From positions 96,001 to 160,000 of the forward strand of contig CBEUCH010000006.1 in the NCBI GenBank assembly GCA_965541585.1: 64,000 bases of DNA, written 5' to 3'. Both the position numbers and the translations under genes were made by a program. Positions 10,160-20,826 of this stretch are shown here, piece after piece; the first letter of the stretch is position 1; each line of letters begins with the position of its first letter. The notes beneath the pieces were generated by a model. That model saw only the letters and a program-made list of their open reading frames with translations, made no database searches and was not told where the DNA came from. The stretch is from an uncultured bacterium (GTDB lineage: Bacteria; Zixibacteria; MSB-5A5; UBA10806).

Positions 10160-12799
10160 TCAGCCGAACTTTTTCGCAAGACCCTTTATGATTGCATCTA
10201 TCGTTTGCACCTGTAAAGATCCCCGAATGGTCGGTTTGCCTCCTCCGCGAACTCCCGAAACCGATTTCATCTCCGTTAATACTTCCTGTCCTAAACCGTC
10301 CCCGGGAGAGGTAATGGCAAAAGCCCCGTTTTTCTTTGATATGGTCACTATTGTTGATTCAGGGTGAATCTCTCTAAAACTATCGACATAAACCATTAAG
10401 AAACGGGGATTATCCACGTCGACGACATATATCACGACTTTTCCATCAGCGATTATGGTATCGGGTTTTATATCAATTGCTTTTTTAGAAAGGCTGAGGC
10501 TGTCCGCCTTCTCTTTTTCACGTTGGAATTTCCTGATGGAATTCGAAAACTCGTTATATTTATCCAGAAGATCGTAATTCTTAAGCAATCTTTTATCGAC
10601 CTTCGATAACAGGTCGTTGAATCTGGCGGCCTCTTCCGACGACAGCTCTTCCGCGCCTCTATTTATCAGGTTTTCGATATCGGATATAATAAGGTTCTGT
10701 TCAGCGAAATAGTCCTCCGCGCCTCTGCCCGAAATTGCCTCGATCCGTCGCATGCCGGCGGCTATGCCGGTTTCCTGCGTGATGAAGAAATCCCCGATAT
10801 CAGCAGTGTTGTTGACATGAGTGCCGCCGCAAAGCTCTTTGGAGAAATCACCGGTTTCGATAACCCTGACCTCGTCGCCGTATTTTTCGCCAAAGAGGGC
10901 CATGGCGCCCTTCTCTTTGGCTTTTTCGAACGGCATTACTTCCCATTTAACAGGCAGGTCTTCTTTTATCTTTTCCTTTACCACGTTCTCGACTTTATCC
11001 ACTTCCTTGGGAGTCATGGGCTTGGAATGAGTGAAATCGAAGCGGAGCCGGTCGGGAGCCACCAGCGAGCCTGACTGATGGACATGGTCTCCCAATATCA
11101 TCCGCAAGGCTTTATGTAACAGATGGGTGGCGGTGTGGTTGCGCTTGATGTCGGCGCGGCGGGCGTGATCGACCTCGGCAGTCACTTTATGACCTTTTAA
11201 GGTCTTTGTTGTAACACCGGCATCTATGCCTTTATCTCTAATTTCCCCTATCATATGAATAATAGAAGGGCCTAATTTTCGGGTGCCTTCAATATTAATT
11301 TCAAAATCATCCGAATATATTTTTCCAGAATCGCCAACCTGGCCCCCTGCTTCAGCGTAAAAGGGCGTTTTTTCCAAAACTAAATACCTTTGATCACCGG
11401 CGTAATCGTCCCAAGTTATTCCGGATATCGTGGTTTCTGTCGAATATCCCGTAAATTCTGAACTCGGCAATGCGGCATCAAATGCTATACCAATGTCTAT
11501 AAACGCTTTGCTTTGTTTTGATCTATACTTTTGTTTAGCCAATTGCTCCTCAAATCCTCCCATATCAGCATGCAATCCCCGCTCTCTTGCCATAACCTCA
11601 GTCAAATCGACAGGGAAGCCGTATGTATCATAGAGCCGGAAAACGTCGGAGCCGGGGATAACCTTAGAGCCGGTGGATTCGATTGTTTTGACGATATCCT
11701 CGAATATCTCCAGGCCGGTATCCAGCGTTCGTCCGAACTGCTCCTCCTCGGATTTTACGACCAATTCTATATGCTCCCGTTTAGCGTTCAACTCCGGATA
11801 ATGATCGCCCATAATCTCCGTCAGCGGGCGGACAAGATTATATATGAAAGGCTCATGCATGTCCAGGAGTCGTCCATGTCGTGAAGCGCGTCGCAGAATA
11901 CGGCGTAAGACATAGCCCCGGCCTTCGTTTGAGATGATACCGCCGTCGGCTATGGCGAAACTGAGGGCCCTGACGTGATCGGCTATGACTTTATGAGATA
12001 TCCCCCGCTGATCATCAGAATACTCAACACCGGATAATTCTGAAACTCTATCTATCAAAGGAGTAAACAAATCAGTCCCGTAGCAGGATTCGGCGTTCTG
12101 CAGGATCATGGCCAGCCGCTCCAGCCCTGCGCCGGTATCGACCGACGGTTTCGGGAGCGGGGTGAGATTCCCCGATTCGTCCCGGTCGAACTGCATGAAG
12201 ACCAGATTCCAGATTTCCATGTAACGGTCACCGTCCCCGTTGAGCTCCCCCGGATATTTATCGCCGCGATTGTAATGAATCTCGGAGCAGGGTCCGCAGG
12301 GACCGGTTTCGCCCATGGACCAGTAATTATCTTTCTCGCCGAAACGAAGTACCCGGTCGCCGAGCTCGGGGGCGATCTTTCTCCAGAGTCTCTCGGCCTC
12401 GTCGTCATCGGTGAAAACGGTGGCATAAAGATTCGAAGGCTTAAGCCCCAGGATCCTGGTGACATACTCCCAGGCGTAGGCTATAGCCTCCTCTTTGAAA
12501 TAATCTCCGAAGGAGAAGTTTCCGAGCATCTCGAAAAAGGTATGATGCCTGGCGGTGACGCCGACGTTCTCGAGATCGTTATGCTTGCCGCCCGCCCTGA
12601 TGCATTTCTGAGACGATGCCGCGGTCCTGTAGTCTCGTTTCTCCAGTCCAACGAACACTTTCTTGAACTGGTTCATACCGGCGTTGGTGAAAAGCAGCGT
12701 GGGATCATCGTGTGGAATAAGGGGGGACGACGGCACGATTTTATGACCGTGATCGGCGAAATACTCAAGGAAAGATGACCTTATTTCGTGCGATCTCAT
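10160..12799 (-). CDS. alaS: alanine--tRNA ligase
   Basis: LLFTNAGMNQFK, HHTFFEMLGNFSFGDYFK, NHTATHLLH, ELCGGTH. Start placed at MRSHEIR. Confidence 0.98.
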   Translation of the reverse strand: MRSHEIRSSFLEYFADHGHKIVPSSPLIPHDDPTLLFTNAGMNQFKKVFVGLEKRDYRTAASSQKCIRAGGKHNDLENVGVTARHHTFFEMLGNFSFGDYFKEEAIAYAWEYVTRILGLKPSNLYATVFTDDDEAERLWRKIAPELGDRVLRFGEKDNYWSMGETGPCGPCSEIHYNRGDKYPGELNGDGDRYMEIWNLVFMQFDRDESGNLTPLPKPSVDTGAGLERLAMILQNAESCYGTDLFTPLIDRVSELSGVEYSDDQRGISHKVIADHVRALSFAIADGGIISNEGRGYVLRRILRRASRHGRLLDMHEPFIYNLVRPLTEIMGDHYPELNAKREHIELVVKSEEEQFGRTLDTGLEIFEDIVKTIESTGSKVIPGSDVFRLYDTYGFPVDLTEVMARERGLHADMGGFEEQLAKQKYRSKQSKAFIDIGIAFDAALPSSEFTGYSTETTISGITWDDYAGDQRYLVLEKTPFYAEAGGQVGDSGKIYSDDFEINIEGTRKLGPSIIHMIGEIRDKGIDAGVTTKTLKGHKVTAEVDHARRADIKRNHTATHLLHKALRMILGDHVHQSGSLVAPDRLRFDFTHSKPMTPKEVDKVENVVKEKIKEDLPVKWEVMPFEKAKEKGAMALFGEKYGDEVRVIETGDFSKELCGGTHVNNTADIGDFFITQETGIAAGMRRIEAISGRGAEDYFAEQNLIISDIENLINRGAEELSSEEAARFNDLLSKVDKRLLKNYDLLDKYNEFSNSIRKFQREKEKADSLSLSKKAIDIKPDTIIADGKVVIYVVDVDNPRFLMVYVDSFREIHPESTIVTISKKNGAFAITSPGDGLGQEVLTEMKSVSGVRGGGKPTIRGSLQVQTIDAIIKGLAKKFG

Positions 12800-13016
12800 G
12801 TGGCTGTAATTAATCCATTTAGGTCTCAAAATCAAGGGATAATGGATGAGCCGCCGGATATCGCATCGGGATCCGTCAGGCATCGGGCAGATCAGTATCC
12901 TGTCTGAGAAAAGTGAATAGAAAAATATCTTGGAAAATTCACCGTATTTATATACTATGGTGCGCAGCATGGAGTCTGCAGGATTCCCTCAAGTAGCATC
13001 TTTCAAGGAAAACTAA

Positions 13017-14225
13017 ATGCGGTCGGTAAGCCCCGGGAAAGTCAAGGATATAGCCGAGAGCTACCGCAGCTATGCCACAAATTTTCTATCCAGCCTGGTA
13101 AAGATACCGTCACTCTCTGGAAAGGAAGAAGGTGCAGCGCGTCTCCTTGAAAGCGAATTCCGTCGTTGTGGGGCGGACGAGATCCTGATCGACGGTCTGG
13201 GGAACGTCCTGGCGCGGTTGGGAAGCAGGGGACCGGTGATTGCATTCGACGGCCACCTCGATACGGTCGATGTCGGTCAGAGAAGTCGCTGGAATAGTGA
13301 TCCCTTTTCGGGAGAGGTAAAAGGGGGCAGGGTATTCGGGCGTGGCTCCGCCGATCAGAAAGGCGGTGTATCCGCCATGGTTACCGCCCTGAGGATCTTA
13401 AAGGAGCTTTCAGACGATCTGCCGTTCACGTTGTTTTTCATCGGGTCGATACAGGAGGAAAACTGCGACGGTCTCTGCTGGCAATACATGATCAACGAGA
13501 ATCAGATCGTTCCCGATATCGTCATCCTGACCGAGCCCACCGATGGCAAGATCAATCGCGGCCAGAGGGGCAGGATGGAGATGGAGATAACGGTGGAGGG
13601 GATCTCCTGTCATGGTTCGGCTCCCGAACGGGGAGAAAACGCCATCTATAAAATCCTTCCCGTATTATCGGCTTTGCAGAAACTGAACGATAAGCTTCCC
13701 GCAGATCCATTTCTGGGAAAGGGATCTTTGACCGCAACCCGCATCCGCTCCGGGGCGCCGTCGCTGAATGCCGTGCCCGATATGGCATCGGTCTATATCG
13801 ACAGGCGTTTGACCGCCGGCGAGTTATGGGATACCGCCCTATCCCAGGTTGAATCGCTCTTAGAGGTCCAGACAGCCTCCGCCCGGGTTCAGATCCCCAC
13901 CTTTGAGGCCCCGAGCTGGCGAGGCACCACCTACCCGACCCTGAAGACCTACCCCGCCTGGGCGCTCGATGAAAAGCATCATCTTATCGAATACGCCGGG
14001 CGATGTTACAACGGCCTGTTTGAGGCCGGGCCGGAAATCGGTAAATGGTCGTTTTCCACCAACGGTGTTGCGACCAAGGGGATGTTTGATATCCCCACCT
14101 TCGGCTTCGGCCCCGGTGAGGAGAAAATGGCACATGCCGCCAATGAATCAATCGCCATAGATGATGTTATAAGGGCCGCGGCCTTCTATGCCTATTTCCC
14201 GTGGATCGTAACGGGCAAGTTATAG
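13017..14225 (+). CDS. M20 metallohydrolase, YgeY family
   Basis: DGHLDTV, GRGSADQKGG, QEENCDGLCW, GQRGRME, FSTNG, AHAANE. Confidence 0.88.
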   Translation: MRSVSPGKVKDIAESYRSYATNFLSSLVKIPSLSGKEEGAARLLESEFRRCGADEILIDGLGNVLARLGSRGPVIAFDGHLDTVDVGQRSRWNSDPFSGEVKGGRVFGRGSADQKGGVSAMVTALRILKELSDDLPFTLFFIGSIQEENCDGLCWQYMINENQIVPDIVILTEPTDGKINRGQRGRMEMEITVEGISCHGSAPERGENAIYKILPVLSALQKLNDKLPADPFLGKGSLTATRIRSGAPSLNAVPDMASVYIDRRLTAGELWDTALSQVESLLEVQTASARVQIPTFEAPSWRGTTYPTLKTYPAWALDEKHHLIEYAGRCYNGLFEAGPEIGKWSFSTNGVATKGMFDIPTFGFGPGEEKMAHAANESIAIDDVIRAAAFYAYFPWIVTGKL

Positions 14226-14278
14226 CATCTCTGTACAGCGGGAGATAAATCGAGATCCATTGTAATCCTGATAAACAA

Positions 14279-15529
14279 CTATTTCAATTTATGAAATCTA
14301 TCGAACGCAATATTATTAGCCTTTAAAAACGCTTTCTGCCTTTTCCTCCACTCGCCTGATTTTTCGAACTGGTCTATCTGCTCATAGATCTTAGTCCGCA
14401 GGGCGACGGCCTGATCCTTGACCCTTGGCGCCGATGACAGCAGGACGAATATCGCGATGGCCAGATCGTCGGCCGCCTGACGGGTATAGTCGGGATCCCA
14501 CCAGGGATTGCAGGAGGCCATGGACCAGTTTATGGCAGCGGACGCCGAATCCATCATCTCCCTGGCCCTGATGATCTGTGGATCGCCCTTGGTAGCGGCG
14601 TTTTTTTGCTCCGAGATTGCCATTTTATAGAGTTTCCATAACGACTGATGGATCGGGTTTCTATCGTTCTCCCAGACCGGAAACGGTCTTCTCTTCCTAT
14701 AATCTTCTTTCTCGGTAGCCGATGAACCATCCACTGCCCTGATAGAATCCTTGCGCTTCACGAAACGCCTCAATTGCGAAATCGTAACAGCTCTCAGCCT
14801 TTTATCCCGGTAGAGGGCGCGCAGAAGGCCGTGCCTTCCAGGATTATCGTATCCGATATTACGAGCATCTACGGCGGTGATAATATATCTGTCATTGGAG
14901 GCCTGTTTCATTGTAGATTGGAGGAATTCCGATGCAGATCGGGGAATGTTTTTGGCCCGCAAGGAGCCGCCGAGCTGGTTCGAGATCTCCCTGCGACAGA
15001 CCATAAGTAAAATCCCGCCTGCCGATTTTTCCATATAAAGCGAGTTATAGCCGTCCTGCGATTTGACCCTGATTGAATTCTCGTCGACGGCCACCCATTT
15101 AAGTGCGAACCGAGCCCCGGCCTTCGAAACTTTCTGCGAGTAGGCGAGGAAGGGGGAATACAGTCCCTGCGGACTGTAGCAAATCCCGAAATAGCGCTTG
15201 CAAATCTTGTTATGGGCCTCTATCTGGCGGTCCACGTCATCGTCACCATGAAGGGGGATCAGCGGCTGATATTTCGGTGTCATCGTGAAATCTACCTGCC
15301 CCCGCTCGCCTAATTTTGCAATCTTCTTAATTACATCTCCGAATCCGGTTCTGATCATCAGCTCCACCGTGCTTCCGGGAAGATTGAGCGTAAATCCGGA
15401 ATCGGGGTTCTGTTCGAAAATCTTAAGAAGAGGCAGGTAACTCTGTTTAATAATCGTTTCCAGCGCCGACCGATCGCAGTTCGGGGGCCGGTACATATCA
15501 ATGAGGTTTGCCCACAATAAAGCAGCCAT
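14279..15529 (-). CDS. GH57-like protein with degenerate catalytic motifs
   Basis: WANLIDMYRPP, SYLPLL, TLNLPGS, YQPLIPL, QIEAH follow the GH57 N-terminal pattern. Confidence 0.7.
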   Translation of the reverse strand: MAALLWANLIDMYRPPNCDRSALETIIKQSYLPLLKIFEQNPDSGFTLNLPGSTVELMIRTGFGDVIKKIAKLGERGQVDFTMTPKYQPLIPLHGDDDVDRQIEAHNKICKRYFGICYSPQGLYSPFLAYSQKVSKAGARFALKWVAVDENSIRVKSQDGYNSLYMEKSAGGILLMVCRREISNQLGGSLRAKNIPRSASEFLQSTMKQASNDRYIITAVDARNIGYDNPGRHGLLRALYRDKRLRAVTISQLRRFVKRKDSIRAVDGSSATEKEDYRKRRPFPVWENDRNPIHQSLWKLYKMAISEQKNAATKGDPQIIRAREMMDSASAAINWSMASCNPWWDPDYTRQAADDLAIAIFVLLSSAPRVKDQAVALRTKIYEQIDQFEKSGEWRKRQKAFLKANNIAFDRFHKLK

Positions 15530-15559
15530 CGAAACTCCCTGAGTAAAAAGTGTCAGAAC

Positions 15560-15588
15560 ATTTTATTCAAGCGGTACCGGTTTGTCAA
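15560..15588 (-). promoter_or_regulatory. sigma70-type promoter of the GH57-like gene
   Basis: TTGACA-17 nt-TAAAAT on the minus strand. Confidence 0.6.
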
Positions 15589-15656
15589 GATATGGTCTTG
15601 TTCACGCCTGATGATTAACTCTAAATGAAATCAGCTTTATGCCCAGGATCTTCCCC

Positions 15657-16418
15657 TTACTTTCGTCGCCCGTATATCAGATCGTATTTGAATTCCTCCG
15701 TAATTATGCCATCCGGGAAGAATCTGGTTATCTCTTTTCCTACCTTCTCCAGGAACTCCTCGAGCATATCCTCGTCCATAGCATCACCGATAAACGATTT
15801 GGATCTTTGCCACCTTATGTAAGTCTCCAGATTAAAGGTTCTCGATGCGTAGAACCTCTTTTGCCCTATGTCGGTGAAACGGCCGTCTGCATAGAGCATT
15901 CCCACGTAGTCGGCATCCATGAATCTGGGATTGTAGTTGGGATTGTATTTATGAGTCAACTGCTCGATGAAAGCCTGATGCGGCTCCGTCAGGGTTTTTC
16001 GACGGTACCAGATCAAAGCTATACCGCCCCCGGGTCTCAGAATTCGGTTGATCTCAGCCAGGGATTCCTGACGTTTCATCCAGTGGAAACCCTGGGCGAC
16101 CGTGACCAGATCGCAGCATTTCGATTTGAGCGGTAACATCTCGCCGCAGCTGCAAAGAGGCTTGAAACAAAATTCTTCAAAATATCTCATTCCTGCCATA
16201 AGCAGTGGCAAAGACCGATCCAGCCCGATAACGCACCCGGTATTTCGTTCGCAAGAAAGAAGCTGAGTGAAGATCCCCGATCCGCAAGCGATATCGGCTA
16301 TACAGGACGTTGAGCCAACGTCGAACCGTTCAAACAAGAAGGATTTGATATCGTCAGGATAGCCGGGGCGTGATGAAGCATATTCATCTGCGAATTTCTC
16401 GAAAGGCTGTTTGCTCAT
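15657..16418 (-). CDS. class I SAM-dependent methyltransferase
   Basis: RPGYP, DIACGSG, VAQGFHW, RILRPGG. Confidence 0.9.
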   Translation of the reverse strand: MSKQPFEKFADEYASSRPGYPDDIKSFLFERFDVGSTSCIADIACGSGIFTQLLSCERNTGCVIGLDRSLPLLMAGMRYFEEFCFKPLCSCGEMLPLKSKCCDLVTVAQGFHWMKRQESLAEINRILRPGGGIALIWYRRKTLTEPHQAFIEQLTHKYNPNYNPRFMDADYVGMLYADGRFTDIGQKRFYASRTFNLETYIRWQRSKSFIGDAMDEDMLEEFLEKVGKEITRFFPDGIITEEFKYDLIYGRRK

Positions 16419-16727
16419 CTATAAATGGCGGCCAACAGTTAACGCTGCAGTAAGAACCTATCTGTAAAGCTCGCTGTTTTCGAACGGACAGATCTCATGC
16501 AATCTTGCATCAATATAAGTCTGAATGTGAATTTGTAAAGGCCTTTTGTTCGAAGATGATGCAGGAGAAAGGCTTAGGTCTTTCCCCCGGTATGCAGCAA
16601 ACCAGCTGGCTCAATCAACATAGATGGCAGGCAAGCTGCAACAGGTTCCGGATAATGTGTGATTATTTAACAGATTAGATTATTTAAACATACAGGCGGA
16701 TCGAAAAACGCAATTTCCTCCCACCGT

Positions 16728-17981
16728 CTATCCGCTCATGCTCTCCAGAAACTTAGCATTGGTTTTGGTCTTCAGGAGCCGTTCCAGCAAAAACTCCATG
16801 GCCTCCACCGGATTCATCTCGCTTAAGAACTTCCGCATGATCCAGATCCTCTTCAGTTCATCAGGAGTGAGGAGCAGTTCCTCTTTGCGGGTCCCGGAAC
16901 GGTTGATATCCATGGCGGGGAAGATGCGCCTGTCCTGTAGCCTCCGGTCAAGCACGATTTCCATGTTGCCGGTTCCTTTAAACTCCTCGAAGATAACGTC
17001 ATCCATGCGAGAACCGGTCTCGATTAAAGCAGTGGCGATGATAGTCAGCGATCCCCCCTCCTCGATATTTCTTGCGGCACCGAAGAACCGCTTCGGCTTC
17101 TGCAAAGCATTGGAATCAACGCCGCCGGAGAGAATCTTGCCGGAGTGCGGTACCACCGCGTTATAGGCGCGCGCCAGACGGGTTATGGAATCAAGCAGGA
17201 TGACAACATGATTCTTATGCTCCACCAATCTTCTGGCCTTATCTATGATCATTTCGGCAACCGCGACATGCCTGTCGGCAGCTTCGTCGAAGGTGGATGA
17301 GATGACCTCGGCGTTGACGGACCTCTTCATGTCGGTGACCTCTTCCGGCCGCTCATCGATCAACAGCACGATCAATTTCATATCGGGGTGGTTTGTGGTG
17401 ATAGCGTTTGCCACTTTCTGCAGGAGAATCGTCTTACCGGCTTTAGGCGGAGACGTAATAAGAGCCCTTTGCCCGCGCCCCAGAGGCGTCAGAAGATCCA
17501 TAATCCTGGTGCTGACGTCCTTCGGGTCATGCTCGAGTCTGATCTTCTCCTCCGGGTAGAGGGGCGTCAGGTTATCGAAAAGGATCTTGTGTTTTGCGAT
17601 CTCAGGATTTTCGAGATTGACCGCCTCGATTTTCAGAAGTGCGAAATATCGCTCGCTCTCCTTGGGAGGCCGAACCTGCCCCGATACCGTATCGCCGTTT
17701 TTCAGGTCGAATCGTTTGATCTGCGAAGGACTCACATATATATCGTCCGGGCCCGGCAGATAGTTGTAGTCGGAGCTGCGCAGAAATCCATATCCCTCGG
17801 AGAGAACCTCCAGAACACCTTCGGCGAAAATCAGGCCATCCTGTTCGGTTTTGCCCTCCAGGATCTTAAAGATCAACTCTGATTTGCGTAGCCCGGAGAT
17901 GCTGGGGATTTCCAGATCTTCCGCCAGTTCCGTAAGTTCGGCAATAGTCTTCGACTTTAAATCAACTATATCCATATCCAT
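16728..17981 (-). CDS. rho: transcription termination factor Rho
   Basis: [39 protein letters not shown]. Confidence 0.99.
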   Translation of the reverse strand: MDMDIVDLKSKTIAELTELAEDLEIPSISGLRKSELIFKILEGKTEQDGLIFAEGVLEVLSEGYGFLRSSDYNYLPGPDDIYVSPSQIKRFDLKNGDTVSGQVRPPKESERYFALLKIEAVNLENPEIAKHKILFDNLTPLYPEEKIRLEHDPKDVSTRIMDLLTPLGRGQRALITSPPKAGKTILLQKVANAITTNHPDMKLIVLLIDERPEEVTDMKRSVNAEVISSTFDEAADRHVAVAEMIIDKARRLVEHKNHVVILLDSITRLARAYNAVVPHSGKILSGGVDSNALQKPKRFFGAARNIEEGGSLTIIATALIETGSRMDDVIFEEFKGTGNMEIVLDRRLQDRRIFPAMDINRSGTRKEELLLTPDELKRIWIMRKFLSEMNPVEAMEFLLERLLKTKTNAKFLESMSG

Positions 17982-18099
17982 CGCTTTTTCACCTCGCTTC
18001 GTATGTCATTCGATACAGTTTTCAACCCTTCTGAATCTCTCTTATGGCCTGATAAATTATGCTTCTCTTACTATTTCGGCCTCGTTTAAGATTTATTTA

Positions 18100-18441
18100 C
18101 TATCCGACCCTATCGACCGGGGCATCCCCCCATAACTTTTCGAGCGCGTACCGCCCGCGAACAACAGGCTGAAAAATATGAACTACCACGCTGATATAGT
18201 CTAAGAGAACCCATTGAAGGGCCTGGACTCCCTCTTTGTGCCAGACCGCGACATCTCTTTTTTTCATTTTTTCCACTATGTTATCCGCGATAGCCTTAAC
18301 ATGCACATCGACTGACCCGGAACATATTACAAAATAGTCGGCGACATCAGAGCATTTTCTTAAATCAAGTATCTGAATATCGATACCATTTTTATCCAGT
18401 GCGTATTTGCTGGCCGCCCGGGCTATGCTCTTGGGGGTCAA
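18100..18441 (-). CDS. rsfS: ribosome silencing factor
   Basis: DYFVICSG, WVLLDY, VVHIF, YALEKLWGDA. Start probably the TTG at 18441. Confidence 0.93.
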   Translation of the reverse strand: MTPKSIARAASKYALDKNGIDIQILDLRKCSDVADYFVICSGSVDVHVKAIADNIVEKMKKRDVAVWHKEGVQALQWVLLDYISVVVHIFQPVVRGRYALEKLWGDAPVDRVG

Positions 18442-18442
18442 A

Positions 18443-18976
18443 TTAGAGCGATTCCTCCTTTGCTCTATTAAGTTTCTCAACGTAGCCGGCGTAGTCGCTA
18501 CCGGCGATAACCGTAACGTCTATATCCAGTATATTATCCTCGAACCTCAACAATATTATATCATCCTCTTCTATTCCCAGTCTTTTCGCTATCCTCATGG
18601 CCTTTTCCGATATTACACCCTTGGTCATCCGGTGACCCCGCCTATCCACGACTACGGTTTTATCAAAGGCTTCGAGCTTAGCGTCCGTCCTCTCGATAAC
18701 ATCATACATCAACGAGCCCTCTCCCGGCAGTAAGGCATTGGCCAGAGATTCCGCGGCGCTCCTCTCACCGCAGCCATTCAAGATCTGTAGCGTAACGGTG
18801 CTCAGCGGGTCCTCTGATCGATACTCTCTTTTCGGGTTGATGAGTATCGACCCGACAAAAGTCAGTATCGCCAGCGAGAGTACCACTACCGCCCAGCCGG
18901 AAAATCCGAGGCCGGACAGCGTAACCAAAGAAAAGGTATTTTGGGCCTTAACCTTAGAATTTCTATGTTTTTTCAT
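18443..18976 (-). CDS. LytR C-terminal domain membrane protein
   Basis: One TM, then QILNGCG and DVTVIAGSDY; usual position upstream of rsfS. Confidence 0.8.
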   Translation of the reverse strand: MKKHRNSKVKAQNTFSLVTLSGLGFSGWAVVVLSLAILTFVGSILINPKREYRSEDPLSTVTLQILNGCGERSAAESLANALLPGEGSLMYDVIERTDAKLEAFDKTVVVDRRGHRMTKGVISEKAMRIAKRLGIEEDDIILLRFEDNILDIDVTVIAGSDYAGYVEKLNRAKEESL

Positions 18977-19027
18977 GCGGTTTGACTTGCGGGAGTAGAG
19001 GAAGCGCCCTTGGGGCAAATCCTTTTC

Positions 19028-19480
19028 TTATCGGTAATCCTCCTGATAGTATGGATTGTAATATGGGTTCAAACCGCCGTAGGCACCCACGGGAACGTGC
19101 CTGTAGTCAAGCCTGAAATTAAAATTCTTACTGGGTCGCCAGTCGATCGCAAAACCCGGGACAAAAACGCCTGAATTCAAACCCGAGGACGTGCCCGAGA
19201 ACAGGTTAGTGGGGCTGTGAAGATACCCGAAATCCACCCGGATTTTCAACGGATTTGAAAAGACATATTCTATCGAATTGAGATAGTAGCCTATGCTGCC
19301 GTCTGTGCCACCACCGAAACGATAGCCGAAACTGTAGCTCTGTTTCATGGTTAGCCGCGATGGGTCAAAGATCGAAAGTCCATCTCTTTTGAGATATGAT
19401 TGTCCCTTCAGGTCAGGCACGCCCTGGGCGAATGCCATCACCGGGATCAACACCAAAATGATTACGGTTAATTTCTTCAT
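19028..19480 (-). CDS. exported hypothetical protein, aromatic beta-strand rich (possibly outer membrane)
   Basis: Signal peptide ending AFA-Q; alternating aromatic strands; TTGACA-18-TATAAT upstream. Confidence 0.7.
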   Translation of the reverse strand: MKKLTVIILVLIPVMAFAQGVPDLKGQSYLKRDGLSIFDPSRLTMKQSYSFGYRFGGGTDGSIGYYLNSIEYVFSNPLKIRVDFGYLHSPTNLFSGTSSGLNSGVFVPGFAIDWRPSKNFNFRLDYRHVPVGAYGGLNPYYNPYYQEDYR

Positions 19481-19549
19481 CTTCTTGTTTTCAAATTATA
19501 GCCCGTAGGCCTTATTCTGTCAATCTAAATTATTATACCGGAAAACTCC

Positions 19550-20299
19550 TTACCGGGTTCCATTTTTGAGTATTTTTTCCGCCGCCAGAAGCTCATCGGC
19601 CGAGTTGATCCCGAATCCTTCCGCCGGATCGGAGGCCACCAGAGCGCCGACTTTTTGGCCATTGTTAACCAGGATGGCTATCGAATCTGTCAGATAGTAT
19701 TCTCCCTGATCATTGTTGTTATCGAGTCGGCTTAGGATAGATTTAAGTTCCTTCCAGTCGAAGCAATAGGTGGCAGTATTGATTTCTTTAATTTTCTTGG
19801 TATTATCATCGGCATCTCTGTATTCGACTATAGCCTTCAGAAGACCATCGTTATCCCGCAGGATTCGCCCATAATGAGAGGGATCTGCTGGCATTGCTGT
19901 CAGGACCGTGGCGGCAGCGTTAAGTCTATGCCGCTCGTCGATTAAGCCTCTTATGGTCTCCGGCTTTACCAGTGGCATATCGCCGCATAGAACCACCAGG
20001 TCGCCTTCGAAACCTGCCAGAAGCGGTTCGGCAGTCATGATAGCATGGCCGGTGCCCAACTGCTCGGTCTGCCTGACGAATTCCACGCTCCTGTCTTTGA
20101 GAGTTTCCTCCATCTTATCAGCCAGATGCCCTATGACGAGGATCTGCCGCTCGATACCCGCATTACGGGCAGAATCGATGACATAATCGATAACATACCT
20201 GCCGTTGAGCTTGTGAAGCACCTTTGGAAGATCGGATTTCATCCGTTTTCCCTTGCCGGCGGCGAGGATCAATGCGATCTTTTCAGACGGCTTGTTCAA
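19550..20299 (-). CDS. sugar-phosphate nucleotidyltransferase (stand-alone GlmU uridyltransferase domain)
   Basis: LAAGKGKRMKS.LPKVLH, QLGTGHA, GEYYLTD; no left-handed beta-helix domain. Confidence 0.9.
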   Translation of the reverse strand: MNKPSEKIALILAAGKGKRMKSDLPKVLHKLNGRYVIDYVIDSARNAGIERQILVIGHLADKMEETLKDRSVEFVRQTEQLGTGHAIMTAEPLLAGFEGDLVVLCGDMPLVKPETIRGLIDERHRLNAAATVLTAMPADPSHYGRILRDNDGLLKAIVEYRDADDNTKKIKEINTATYCFDWKELKSILSRLDNNNDQGEYYLTDSIAILVNNGQKVGALVASDPAEGFGINSADELLAAEKILKNGTR

Positions 20300-20356
20300 G
20301 AAATGATTTCTCCTATGAATTGTATCGTCAGCTATCGGAAGGCGATCAACTGAATA

Positions 20357-20704
20357 TCAAACCGGCCTGTTATTAGAGTCCACCATGACTATTTTCGGCT
20401 CGAATTCGGCGGCCTCCTCAGGCGACATCTGCGAATAACCCAGGATTATGATGAGATCCCCCGCCTGACCCAACCGGGCGGCAGGGCCGTTGAGCATAAC
20501 CTCGCCGGTGCCGGCTTTGCCCTCGATGACATAGGTCTCGAAACGGGCGCCGTTATTTAGGTTGACCACCTGGACCTTCTCGTAAGTGGTTATACCAGAA
20601 GCAGCTAAGAGATTCTTATCGATTGAGATGGAGCCCTCGTAGTTGAGATCGGCGCCGGTCACCGTGGCCCGATGGATCTTGGATTTTAAAACCGTTATCT
20701 GCAT
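20357..20704 (-). CDS. panD: aspartate 1-decarboxylase
   Basis: [29 protein letters not shown]. Confidence 0.98.
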   Translation of the reverse strand: MQITVLKSKIHRATVTGADLNYEGSISIDKNLLAASGITTYEKVQVVNLNNGARFETYVIEGKAGTGEVMLNGPAARLGQAGDLIIILGYSQMSPEEAAEFEPKIVMVDSNNRPV

Positions 20705-20826
20705 CGTTCTTTCAACGATCTAAATTAATCGGATGTTTCAGCAATGGCAAGTGAAAAGGGGAAGATCGGTTGCTGCAAATGCGACTATTACGGAAAAACC
20801 TGCGATGTAATGAACAGCAATGGTCG

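Noticed and set aside
13017..14225. YgeY-like gene as a marker of a selenium/molybdenum purine catabolism cluster
   Set aside because: No ygeW, ygfK, ssnA, xdh or selD neighbours and no in-frame TGA; it is a lone hydrolase here
19550..20299. glmU pseudogene (missing acetyltransferase domain)
   Set aside because: Clean stop and intact motifs; stand-alone uridyltransferase domains are a known form
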